From Octopus sinensis (taxonomy: Eukaryota), in contig NC_042999.1 in the NCBI RefSeq assembly GCF_006345805.1, forward strand, positions 120,776,001 to 120,840,000: a stretch of 64,000 nt of DNA. Reading direction: 5' to 3'. Numbering within the stretch: position 1 is the first letter of the stretch; every line of letters starts with the position of its first letter. Under the pieces are notes generated by a model. The model did not search any database. It was not told where the DNA came from and saw only the letters and a program-made list of their open reading frames with translations. This document shows positions 38,033-51,010 of this stretch, piece after piece. The translations under genes were made by a program, and so were the position numbers.

Positions 38033-39814
38033 AAACAACTAAACCAGTTGTTAAGATGATATTTAATTGGATAGAGTAGAGGAAATCCAGGACAGTTTTA
38101 TAATTATATGAAAAGGCAATTTGAAGAGCTGTTTCCTTATCTGCAACCCAATCATCAAGAGTAAGAAAGAAAGAACGCCATAGCTTTCTCTAAATATTTA
38201 AGAAGTACGGTATATTGGAATGTGGATAAATTTGGCAACCTATGTCAACAGTTTAACACACTGTACCATACAAAAACGGAGCAAACCAATTTCTACTCTG
38301 CAGCACTCATGAATATCACATTGTATTTCAACAACGTACCATTATAAAGAAAAACGAGAGTATATTCAAATGATGTCTCAAAAATAACTTCCATCTAGTG
38401 AACAATAAAAGTGAAATGAAATCCGACAGATCTACCGAACGGAAATGACATAGAGCTCGGTCACTAGACAAATTGGAATTTCAGAACGCAGGCTATGTCA
38501 CTACGGTAAAAGTAAAAAATACACTGGTTACTATTTTTAATAGGCCTCCATGCTAGCTAAAGACGGCTAACTTACTCGAAACTTAGTAATAATGATAATT
38601 GAAAAGTAACCTGTTTTAGCCGAATAAAAATGTATCATTCTGCATCTGATATTGCAAATCTACAGATACATGCACGCATATATGCGTGAGAGTGTGTATT
38701 TCTATATGTGCGGGTGCGTTCGTGTGTGTGCGTGTGGTTCTGTGTGTGTATGGTTGTGTGAGTGAGAGAGAGAGAGGGGGAGGTAATACAGGGTACATTT
38801 CAAAGCGTCCAGTAGCAAAATTATTTGATGAAAGAGTTCTATGAATTATTATTTATAAACAATTGTTGCTACAACATGAGTTCAAAAACAAAGAAATAAG
38901 TCAACAAGAATGAATTTTTGATAAAATCATACAAAAAAATTAGACAATGGTACTCATTAGCAGTTAACTGGTCACCAAATCAAATTTCGCATATTATGAA
39001 CACATTGCTATCTTCCATGTTCCTGGTAAACGTGATGAAGACATGATAGCGACAAGTATGAGAAAATATACAAATAATTAGGTACTGCAAATATTTAAGT
39101 CTGTCGACTTTCAGAAGTCAACAAACGAAACACTCGATGGTTGGCCAGCAATATTAAACAGTGAATGTCTTTCAACTAGGATGAATAAAACAACTAAGCA
39201 GAAACGAGTGTGAATAATGTAATATTAAGAGGAAATAAGGTAATAGCTCATTGGACTTAAGTCCTTGAACAAAGATAAATATGTAAGAGAAACGTAGTTT
39301 CCAGATCCGTGATCAAAACAAAATATATTTGCACACAGTAGAATCGGGGAAAGACAGAAATTTATCGTCGGAAAAGTTAGAATGAAGCAGGGAAGGGGAA
39401 GGCTGGAAGAAAGACAAGGTAAAGAGAAAGAGAAGGGAAGCGAAACAGAAATAGAGAGAAGAGAAACACTAAAGGCGATAGGAATGGTGCAGGCAATTGC
39501 TGAGAAATAAACTTGTTAATGTGAGCAAAATGGCAGCGAGACATTAAGAGCAAAGTGAAGAAAGATTAAGCACAGAGAACTGGTAAAAATGCGAACAATA
39601 TAAGTAGTAATGTTAAACACCTCGTCCTTTTCTGATTATTTTCATTATATGGCATATTTTAAATTTATGTAACGTTAGATGTATCTCATGGCCCCAGGTA
39701 ATTTATAGCTATTTACAATTAATTCCTGAGTACTTAGCGTGATTTATATTTCGTTTTGATAAGCTGATTTCTGCAATTTCTAGTCCATATAAACATATCC
39801 TTTATTTTTCATCT

Positions 39815-40945
39815 TTTACTTGTTTTAGTCATTCAAGTGCAGCCATTCTGGGGCACTACATTGAAAAGTTTTAATCGAACTTATCGATCCCAGTACTTAT
39901 TATTTTTTTCGTAAAGCTTGGTACTTATTCTATCGGTATCTTTCACCGAACCACAAAGTTACGGAGACGCAAACACACCAATACCGGTTGTCAAGCAGTC
40001 GTGGGGGACAAACACACATGCAAAGATACATACACATAATCCATGGTAGATTAGAATACTTAGCTAAAAGAGAAGCGTTATTACTTTAAATGACCACAAG
40101 CGCAATTTTCATGATAATCCTACCTGTAAATTGTTAAACCCAGTGAAATCTGAAATTGGGCTAGTAGCTAAAAATCAATACTTAGAAATATTAATATTAG
40201 AATTAGGGAAATTACTGTGCTTCAACAATGGAATAACAGTTTTACTGTAATAGATTGGTTTAAGAATATTAAGAATAAGAATAAAGCTAAATTTACCCAG
40301 TCTAATATTATAGACTTTTATCCCCCTTTATCTAGATCGCTGCTTGATAAAGCTATTGAATTTACTAATTCATATGTTGATATTGACCGTATAGATTTAG
40401 ATTTTATCAGGCATGTAAGGAAAACACTACTGTTCATTATAGGATTAGCATGGGTAAAAGACTCGCATAGTGACGAACTATTTGCTGTATCTATGGGGTC
40501 ATATGATAATATTGATGTCCGTGATTTTGTGGGTTTATTTATATTAAACACAATGAGATATAGATACCTAGCTCATGATACTGGCCTATACCGTGATGAT
40601 GGTTTGGGTATTTTCCATGCGTGTGATGGTCACACCCTTGATAGATTTAGGAAGTTACTAATTTTCTACCTTTAATCAATAAGGACTTAAAATTACTAAT
40701 CTCTATAGTTGATTAGACACTCCTAGACACTTTCCAACTACCCACAGATATAGGAAATTACCATATATATATATATATATATATATATATGACGGGCTTC
40801 TTTCAGTTTCCGTCTACAAAATTCACTCACCAAGCTTTGGTCAACTCGAGGCTACAGCAGAAGAGACTCACCCAAGGTGTCACGCTGTGGCACTAAACAC
40901 AGAACACTGTAGTTGAGAGTCAAACTTCTTACAACACAGCGAAGT
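39815..40945 (-). mobile_element. tRNA-derived SINE split by a Penelope RT fragment
   Basis: Tail half at 39815-40030 and head half at 40790-40945. Confidence 0.8.
40031..40700 (+). pseudogene. Penelope-like reverse transcriptase fragment
   Basis: LNDHKRNFHDNPTCKLLNP, QWNNSFTVIDWFKNI, DFYPPLSRSLL, MGSYD, GLYRDDGL. Confidence 0.88.
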
Positions 40946-41375
40946 CATATATGATGCCTTTAGTAATTTAATTTGATAACCAAACAATTTATCTCCTTAT
41001 ATATTTATGTATTCCGGAAATTTTGAATGAGAATTCCATGTAACCCACCGCTATATGTATACCGATCACAAAAGATACCTTTTCAAACAGGCGGAACTAT
41101 CTTGTCACAAGAAAAAAAAAACAGAAAAAACAGTTTGTATGTGATAACTTCATTGTATGTGGTAGCTTCATTTAAAATAAAACACTAGAATTATATGGAA
41201 GCTCCGAGTAATTTATGATTACTCATAATTAAATACATGGTGAGCAATTTTAGTAAACAAAAACACATTTCGATTGGTCAAGTTCAGTTGTAAATTATGG
41301 AGCTCATGTGAAATATATTATTAGACAAACGACTCCCATATTGTTATTCCTACAAGCACATACACACATACACAG

Positions 41376-41429
<54 letters not shown>

Positions 41430-42206
41430 GAACGGATGGATACATGGTTGTATTATGGGTGTGTTTATTTGTGGATAAATAATTTGCTATATTATCTGTC
41501 ATGATAGCTTTTGCGGTATGATTAAAAATACTATCAATACTTCAATTAAATTACATTACGAACGCTGTTGTCTGATTTAGACTTACACAAGCACCATGTT
41601 AACATATATTTATTTATGTACGCCATTTCAAATGACAATCTTAAAATGTGAAAGGTATTGAAGTCACGATATTCAATACACCTTCATCGCTAACTATTGT
41701 ACTCCGTGTCTAGTCAAAGGAAAATATATATTTTCTGTAATAATTAAATTCTTTTGCGATGCTATTTGTAGTTTTTAGTTGATTACAGCTTTTCCAACAA
41801 AGCGTCTTGTTCTGTCTAGTAAAACGCTGTCATTATTTTAATATTTGCTTTAACATTCAATTTATCTCAGTCTAATTTTTGTTTCAATTTTATTGCAATA
41901 CAATATTATTGCTTCTCATATTTTCCACACCCGCTCATGACAGAAGTTAAATTGGTTCGATAACAGTGGTAATCTAGTGAGTCTAATTTTCCGATTTTCC
42001 TCTACTACAGAGTTATATGCCATGAAAAATACTGAAAATAGGAGAATCGCACATATATTCTATATATTGTATGAATACGTTGTTTGCAATCATTTTCATT
42101 CTCTTAAAGATTTTGATTGCTATAATGTTGAAATGCAATTTTGTTTCCTTAACTCTAAAATTCTTCTCTACTTATTCAGATGACAATTTAAAATTTTCTC
42201 TTTCAT

Positions 42207-42681
42207 AGCGCAGGCGTAGCTATGCATCTAAGCGCAGGCGTACCTGTGTGGTAAGAAGCTTGTTTCCCAACCATGTGGTTTCAGGTTCAATACCACTACG
42301 TGGAACCTTGAGCAAGTATCTTCTACTATAGCCGTGGGTCGACAAAAGCTTTGTGAAAGGATTAGGTAGACAGAAAGTGAACAAAGCCCGTTGAATATGT
42401 GTGTGTGCTTGTGTGTGTGTATGTGTGTGTGTGTGTGTATGTGTGTGTGTGTATTTATGTGTGTAGGTCTGTGTTAGTTCCCCTGGCTATCGCTTGGCAG
42501 CCGATACTGGTACGTTTATGTCCCTGTAAATTAGCGGTTCGGCGCAAGAGACCGATAGAATAAGCACTACGCTTATAAAAAAACAAGTCCTGAGGTAGAT
42601 TTCTTCGACTAAAACTCTTGAAGACGATGCTCCAGTATAGTCGCAGTCAAATGACTGCCGCAAATAAAAGAATAAAAGAAT
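42207..42681 (+). mobile_element. Full-length tRNA-derived SINE with an internal (TG)n
   Basis: gcgcaggcgtacctgtgtggtaagaagc head, ggttcaatacc B box, tail aataaaagaataaaagaata. Confidence 0.87.
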
Positions 42682-42699
42682 ATGAGCTACGCTGCAACA

Positions 42700-43330
42700 T
42701 ATCAGCAAATAGACTCCAATCTAGTTGAATATAATTCCCAGACAAGCGATTTATTTCGTTAAGAGGTGATCCGAGTACATGGTATTGATCAAGCGCAATA
42801 ATAGCAGCATATTGGTATCTACCATTTCCGATCACTTCATATCGGGCTGTCGCGCCCGGTTTGGGACACTCGGCATTATTTAACACTTGCTGTTATGTAG
42901 GGAGCTTTCACTGGACGCTATACTGCAGTAAATGGGGATTTAAATAAAACACATGCACAAGGTATGTACGACCGACAATGTTTACATTACTTAAGCTGCT
43001 TTTAAATCGTAATTTAATTTTTTTTCGCATGTGTTACGCTTCGGCATATCAATAGATTCCACTCTATTTGGCATATAAGTTTCAGACTAGTGATTCATTT
43101 CGTTCTGAGGTCGTCCGAGTGCATAGTACCGATAAGCCGCAATAATGGCGATATATTGGTAACTACGACTCCCGATCACTTCGAGGCAAGTTGTCTCGCC
43201 TGGTTGGAGTACTCGATGTTCTTTAACACGCGGCGTCACGTAGGGAGTTTTCCCAGAACGCTATCCCGCAGCAAACGAACGTTTAAATAAAACACATAAA
43301 TTTTGTATATGCGACCGATAATTTCTGTAT
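42700..43330. repeat. Diverged ~345-bp tandem duplication
   Basis: atcacttc..tttaacac..gtagggag..acgctat..tttaaataaaacacat..cgaccga occurs at ~42830-42980 and again at ~43175-43320. Confidence 0.75.
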
Positions 43331-46300
43331 TTTAATCTTTTTAGCACAATAATATTTGGGTGAATGTTGCAGACAGTATTGAATCGACAGTAAATATCTC
43401 ATTTCTCAGTAACGTAGTAGGCCTGTAAAATGACAGATTCAGAAAAAAATCACATTTGCGCTTGTCAGATGATTGTGTTTGGATTATAAAAATACCATCT
43501 TATATAAATATATGTTTATAGACATGTATGTGGAACTAAATAAATCGTGTGTTTTAGTAGAACAAAATATCGATCTTGAACATGTATTCGAGCCTTGCCT
43601 AACGCTTAATTCCTTGCATTCTATTACGCTATATTCCCCCACACAAAGTTTAAATATACAATAACCGATATCATGAATTTATGTATGCGTTTATATTGTT
43701 CGTACAATAATTTAGATGTTGCTTACCTTCCTCAAAGCGAAAGAACGTAATAATTCACAAAACATTTATGTAATAGTAGAATACCAAAACAAACCAAATT
43801 TGGCTTAAAGGAAGATCGTGTATGTGTTTGTGTGTGTGAGTGTGTTTGTGTGTGTGTGTGTTTGTGTGTGTGTTTATGTGTGTGTGTTTGTGTATGTGTG
43901 TGTGTTTGTGTGGTGCATTTTCTTCATATATATATATATATATATACAGACACATACATATATATTGATCGATTTATAGACAGATGGATAAATACATAGA
44001 GATGGGAAGAGAGATAAAGAGAGAGACAGACAGACAAACATGCAGATTGATAGATATATTCTTAAAAACAAAGCATTAGGGTGTCCGATTTTGAAGAGTT
44101 GTTAACAAAATGAGACATGTTGAATGAATTAACGTTGAGATAACGTTGACAAAATGGGAGCGTTTTATTATGTTTAAGCGTAAAAGTAGAAATTATTTTA
44201 TTGCCTGTTTATACAAAGATGAAATCTAAACAAATAACAACTTAGTAAGAAATTAATAAAAATAAATAATATATATATAATTGTATGATTGAATTTTATT
44301 AACTACAGGTTTTTTAAGCTAAACACATTTACGAAGGGCTGTTCTTGTTCAGATACAGCCACGTTTCTTTTTTGCATATGCATCCAATCACATATTTTTT
44401 TATTTAATTTCAATTCTCACATGCATTTCATTTATATATTCACCAAATTATAGATTTCCTTATCTAAATATTCTTATTAACGGTTTATTGTCTCAGTTCT
44501 CAAATTTTGTTAGAACATTGGAGACATAAAACTCAGTGTCACAAAATTACATGTGTATGTGTGTGTTATGAATGTCATCATATGTCTGTGTACGTGCGTG
44601 TATTATGTGTACGAGCGAATATTAGTGAATTTGTAGATATACCTATGTATATGCATGTGTGTATGCATATATGTTAGTGAGCGATAACGAAGGCAGAATA
44701 GATATTTGATACCATTGTAATATAAAATTTATTTAATAAACAATCCGCTTAGTTCAATATGATAGGCTTCAAACGTAAACTACATCTCTCACGTTTCTAT
44801 TCAAAACTGTCTAAGATCTAGTGACATGTAACCTTTTCATTTGTCAGAAATTTCCGATGAGTATGACTTTCAGCATTGGTGATATTATGAATACGTCATT
44901 CATACAAAAGCCAGTGATGGAGAGTAACTTTGGAAGATTCATTCAGTGATGAATTACACACGACGGGGCACTCTCAATAAATTTAATTGTCAAAATGGAT
45001 TTAGAAATACCCGGAAAAATCACTTGGATGTTGCTTTCAGTTGCCGAAGGTTGAGCTAGGAAGCACAAATGATACATACATGGAATTATTTTTAAATTCT
45101 GGGTATCAGACATGAAAAGGAAAAGAATATTCGCGACCTCTGGCTTATAGGTTTCTCTTGGAAGCATTTGTTTTCACATTTTTGGAACCGTTAATATTAC
45201 TGAAAAGATTTCATATCATTTCCATGCGTGTGACGTTGATAGAGGTGATACTATTAAGTATAGTATAGTCTATTACTTTGTCGGTTAAATCATTTTCAAA
45301 AAGCAGGAAGAGCGTGGATAGCAGCACAAATATCTGCGGCATTCTGGCAATGATTTTGTATGTGTGAGAGGCAGGGTTTTTATTTCAATTCTCATAATTC
45401 TTCGCGTTGCGATTAATTTGATAACATAGACGTCTCTATTAGATATGTTATAGATGGTCAGTTTATGAAGTAGTTTTCATGGTTTTACCGAGTTAAATGC
45501 TTTGGATATTCTAAGGCAATAACATGAGCATCAAACCAGTGTGCAAGTTATGCTATGAATGAATCTCTGAGTATGACATCAGTGAGCCTACAGATCGTAA
45601 ATGATAAGATATGCAATTAAGGAAGCTTTATTCAAGTAGTTACTGAAAAGTTTATCAACGATAAATTCAGGAACCTTGCTTTATGCAGCCCATAGCCACC
45701 TTCTATTAATTAGAGAAGCACTTTTACAAAATGGGCAATCTGCAGGCTTCTACCACGAACACGGAAGTATTTTACTTTATTTAATTGCTGTCCTTTTCCT
45801 AGCAGTGTAGTATATTTACGTATTTCAACAAAGCATTATTTTTACTTGTAATTAACGTTTATTGAGTAAAAATTAAAATGTTGACCTAAATATAATAAAT
45901 ATGATAAAACTGTCCAGTAAAAGATGTTCAGAATGGAACCGCCATACATTGTTTAACATTAAAGACTAATTTCATACACACAAGTATATAGCTAACTTTG
46001 ACTGATCATATGTCTTCTTACCATAATATACTAGAAAGTCGTTTGTATACTCCTATTCACTTGCAGATTTATTCTCTAAGAAATAATTATAAATCACTCC
46101 TAATTCCCTCGAGATGCTATGATAGCAACGAATCGATTATTCAGAGAAGAGATAAATAAGTAAATCTTTTACATTAAGTAGATTACTGCTGGAGATTTGT
46201 TAATAGATCCGTCATATATTATATATAAAATAAGAAAATACCCAGCAAAATTAGTTCGCATAAGAGAAACAAAATTGTTTCCAAAATTTTAATCTTGTCT

Positions 46301-49300
46301 TAATTTATTGATTATTCAAGATATTAAAACTTTTCATGTGTTTCTTCGCAAATACTGTTTCTAAAATTTACTTAAACTTTCGTAAGCTTCTACCTGTAGT
46401 GATAATTTGACCTAAACTATCTTCGTCTGAAATGCCAGATAGAACTTACTTCAGATTTAGTTTTTTTTTTTTTCATTTTTTCATCCATTAGATGTTTGAT
46501 TGAAAATGTGCTTTTTATGCATTTATTTTATTCGAATGTTTAGCAGAAAAATTGGATTTTGTATTCAAAGAAATTTGCTACAAATATTTGTTTTCTAATA
46601 CATAAACTTAGGAGTACCGTGAAGAAATTGGTTTTATGTTTGTTTGAATTTTAGACGAGAAAATAAGTTTTATTTCTGTTAAATATTTTAACTGGTTTTA
46701 CTTTATAATTTTTACTGTTGAGGAGGACTATATCTAAATTCAAAGTTGTATGACTTCTAGGGATAATTTAAAAGTGAATTCCATTTAACAATTTTGAAAG
46801 AAAAGACAAAATAAATGTAATATTTTAGATATGTAGAAGATGTGTTTGCACTTTACCTTTAGGTTTCTGCATTTCGCCTCTTTACCTTTAAACTCATGAC
46901 GTGATGGTCAAATCCATTTAGCTTTACGTGGGTTCTTCGCCCCTTATTGTGATAGGGTAGCCGAGCGTCCCAACATCAGCTATTTAGGGGAAGATTTTCC
47001 CGCAAATTCCTTTTGAGAGATGAGTTGCAACAAACGAGTTTGGATCTTCGGCATGAGAGCAGTTTTATTCCACTTCTCAGCTTCAGTGAGGAGAGAATTG
47101 TAGCAGGATTCCTTGACATCATGCTTTGTGTCTTTCCAACGTTCATTTTCATCTTTAAAAAGCACTATGAAACTATTTATTTTATTTGGCAGATTTATTC
47201 ATGTTATACCAGTTGCTGTATTTTCTTTTATCGTTGCAATAAATGTTTCAGTGAATTTTAACTTGGCCTCGTATTTCTTGATGATCGTTATCCTGACTCT
47301 TATTAACTCAGAAGATATTATATTTCCAGGGCTTTATCCACATTGCACCATTTACCACCTCGCTAAAGATATAACAAAACGTATCCGTGAAAGAAAATGT
47401 GCGAAATGGAATGTAATGTTCGCAGAAGACAATGCTGAGTGTACTGCATAACATATTCAAAAGTAGTAAATAAATAAATGACATTTGCAACCCTTAAGAG
47501 CGTTGGAAAAAATATTTTTCCAATGAAAGGCGATTTAAAGGTTTGACCCTATTAAAAACATGCAGAATAGAACCACGCAATGTTCTAGTGGTCGGAACAA
47601 ATTATATATAATCCGACCTTCCAACTCTCATTCAACATTTTCACAAATCCAACGCGATATATTGGAAACAACAAGGAGCGTAATTGATATCCTCACAACT
47701 CGACACTAACTTCATTCATGGAACTTGTACTGCAGTACATAGGCAGCAAAGTAATTCTTTATTCTTTCAAAAATATAATTAAATGCAATGACTGTTACGC
47801 TATTTTAACAGTTACTTTCTTAAGAACTAGAAACAAATTCCAACGAAAACACAAAACCGAATAAAACAGAATTAAACTTAGGCATGAAGAAAGCTATGTA
47901 CCATAAGAAAATAATCATTATATCCATGATAAACTACATATCAAGTAGTTGAACACTGTATAAAGTAATTGATTGTAGCAACGTTGTAACAAGCAATTCT
48001 AATAATGGTCACACCACATTGAACGTCAGAATAACAATTTCAAATATTACAACCACTCTACAGTAACAAAACAAAGTAGACTTATCCAAGAATACCGAAA
48101 CTCAGGACAAAGATATATGCTTTAGATCGCCATCATCCACCGGACAACAAATAAAGTAGTGGGAAATCTTAAACGGAAATAAGCCAGAGGAGGCAAAGAT
48201 TTCAAACATACGAATAAAAACATGTTGGGCCAAAAAAGATTCTAGTATTCGGCAACATTTGCAAATATACATGCCGACACTTCAAATTTACTTGTATATT
48301 TATACTGAAAAGCATCACTGTCGTATGATGCCCAGAAAAAAAACCTTGGTCTACGAGTATTGACTTATCTATACAAGCGCTCAAATATTTTTAGAATAGT
48401 TGACTGATTGGGCTACACAATGGTCTGTCTAAATAATTATACGTCATTGATATCTCCGATCAAGTCTGACACAACACCACTACTACAATTGACAATAATA
48501 ACGAGAACGTTTAAAGCATCAAAGAGAAAAACAGCTAAAACAGCTGAAATATCTAAGTTACTACTAATACTAGAAATATCTAAGTTACTAGTAATACTAA
48601 TGTCTGACAAATTAATTAAAATTGATATCATTATTTACTATTAGACATTAAAATTGAAGAATTAGAATAGAATCTCCCATACAATTACTTTCTAAATGAA
48701 ATGTATAGTTATAAGACGAAAATTAGAAAGCGTGCTGAAGAGGAGTCCTGGATTATATTATGTTCTATCACAGATATCAGAAATAAGACAATAAGAATAA
48801 ATACATGAGCAACCACAGTCATAAACGTCAGTTTCATTATAATATATTAGAAGTTAGATGAACTGAAGCCAAGATAATAAACGTAGAAATCTATATTTTA
48901 CTCTCCGAAAGCATTATTCTACATACTTTGTAGATTGATTACAGGGAGCTATTACAAAGTAATGACTCATTCGTTTAATAGGATAACTTGAAGAATAATG
49001 CGTAGTTATCCATATTAAAACAAATCAATATAGTACACCCTAAAAACAACTTACACCAATGTGAAGATTTCGTTAAGAGAAGAAATAAAGTATAACGAAA
49101 ATAAAAATTGAACTTCAAAAAGTATCAAACCATTTGTCGAGAAAAGCATCTATATTCCCAGTATTCTGCTTCACTCAGAAAAGGAGAAATTCAACTTCTA
49201 AAACATTAAAGCTGAATAATCACTGAATGAAATTCAAAACTTGCTGAAAAGATAAAATTCTATCAAAGCACAAAGATCTTTATTGTTTCAATAACTGGTA

Positions 49301-49893
49301 AACTGGCTATTTTTAAAACTATATTATTAGTTTTATGAATTTACAGAGAATAGAAGTAGATCTAGCGAGGGAATGTCACATGATACGAAACAGATCTAAT
49401 TCAATCATTGAATTGCTCCTGTATGCTTCCTCTGTGACTATTTCCTAATCTTGTAGCACAATTTAGACAACTGATATGCTGAATAATCAGCACCAATTAA
49501 TATTACAGGACTTCAATGAACAAAAGTGACACCCAAGATGAAGCAATATTTCGCAGTATGACCATCTTTCACCGAAAGACGCGCCGAATCAAAACTGAAC
49601 TGAGACGGATCAAGAAGCAACATAACTTGCATAATAAACATTCATAACAAGTGAAATAATAAAGACCTAAGAATAGGAAAACAAACTGCACAACACAGAA
49701 CAAATTACGGGTAACACAAAGACCTTTCATGTACCTTAAAAATCATAGTACTGTACACAATACTGGACAACTTGTGCACGCTTGATGATGGCACAAAATT
49801 TCGAACAAAGCTCTTGATGAAGGAAAATTATAATGATCATAATTTTTTCTACACAAGGAACAAGGCCAGTAACTTTTACATTCACTCCATGGT

Positions 49894-50028
49894 TCAGTGG
49901 GTATTTATTTTATTAGCACCGAAAGGATAAAAAGCAGGGTCGATATCGGAGGCATTTGAATGTAAGGACGAACGAAATGCTGCTAGGCATTTTGTCCGGT
50001 GTGCTAACGATTCTCCCAGCTTGCCGCC
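49894..50028 (-). mobile_element. Old Nin-type SINE
   Basis: Minus strand: ggcggcaagctgggagaatcgttagcacaccggac...gcttttatcctttcggtgctaataaaataaatacccactg. Confidence 0.75.
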
Positions 50029-50033
50029 CAATC

Positions 50034-50059
<26 letters not shown>

Positions 50060-50069
<10 letters not shown>

Positions 50070-51010
50070 GGAGAACACCGGGGACGTTTAACATGTAAGA
50101 GCGGTAAAACGCTGCACCGAAATCTATCCCAAAACATCGGGAATAAAGGCAACAAATGGAGCCTGAAATAACTGACGAAGTGTTGGACCGAGTAAATAAT
50201 ACTCATTAAATTTTCAACAGCAGAAAGAACAACGATAACGGAAACACACAACACCCAGGTATTCTCCAAACAAAGCTCTTCTGCTCCCTCCCTCTCTCCT
50301 CTACTCCGAATTGAAATGCATCCATAAATTCGCACCCAGATTCCACAAACACGGATTTATCTGCAACACACAGGGAAGAGGTAGCGGAACCTCAAAAACC
50401 AAAACAATCAAAACGCGAACACTGTAAATCATCATGCCCCATATCAACACATACCAAAACACATAGAAAACACCACCACAGCAGGTGCAGACACTGACAG
50501 CATCACTACCACCACCACCACCACCACCGCCAGCACCACTATCACCTCCCAGCACTGGAATCATCAACACTTCTACCATTATCACAACCAGCTCCACCAA
50601 CACTACTACAACTGCAACCCACGAAAAGGAAACAGTCCCAATAGCAACAACCAACCACACAAACACAAAACTACGTGCTTTGTTGGAGAACCAACAAAGA
50701 ATTGATGGTTCTCTTCGCAGGAAGGAAAGACATCGAAAGAATGGGTGAGATATTCGGTACCAGCACATTTCAAGTGCTAGACACATTAATGATGATGAGA
50801 ATGCCTCCAGAAATATACAAAAACATTAGGGAGAACTTCTCTCTCGATGTGGAAACCCCTAATGTAAAAGTCACGAGTTGGGTTTTAAGGGGGCTCCCAG
50901 AGGATCCTCAACAGGTTAGGGATGTTGAACCACATGATATCCCGCGTCACCCGGACGTTACTAATGTTGTAGCCATATCTCCTTTTTCATTTTGCATCCA
51001 CTGTCAATGC
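50060..51010 (+). pseudogene. Broken coding-like region, possibly ORF1 of a non-LTR retrotransposon
   Basis: GC-richer segment that starts right after (TAA)n; frameshift-linked frames with a P/T-rich linker then a globular-looking segment (LRALLENQQRIDG..MGEIFGTSTFQVLD..SWVLRGLPED). No diagnostic motif. Confidence 0.3.
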
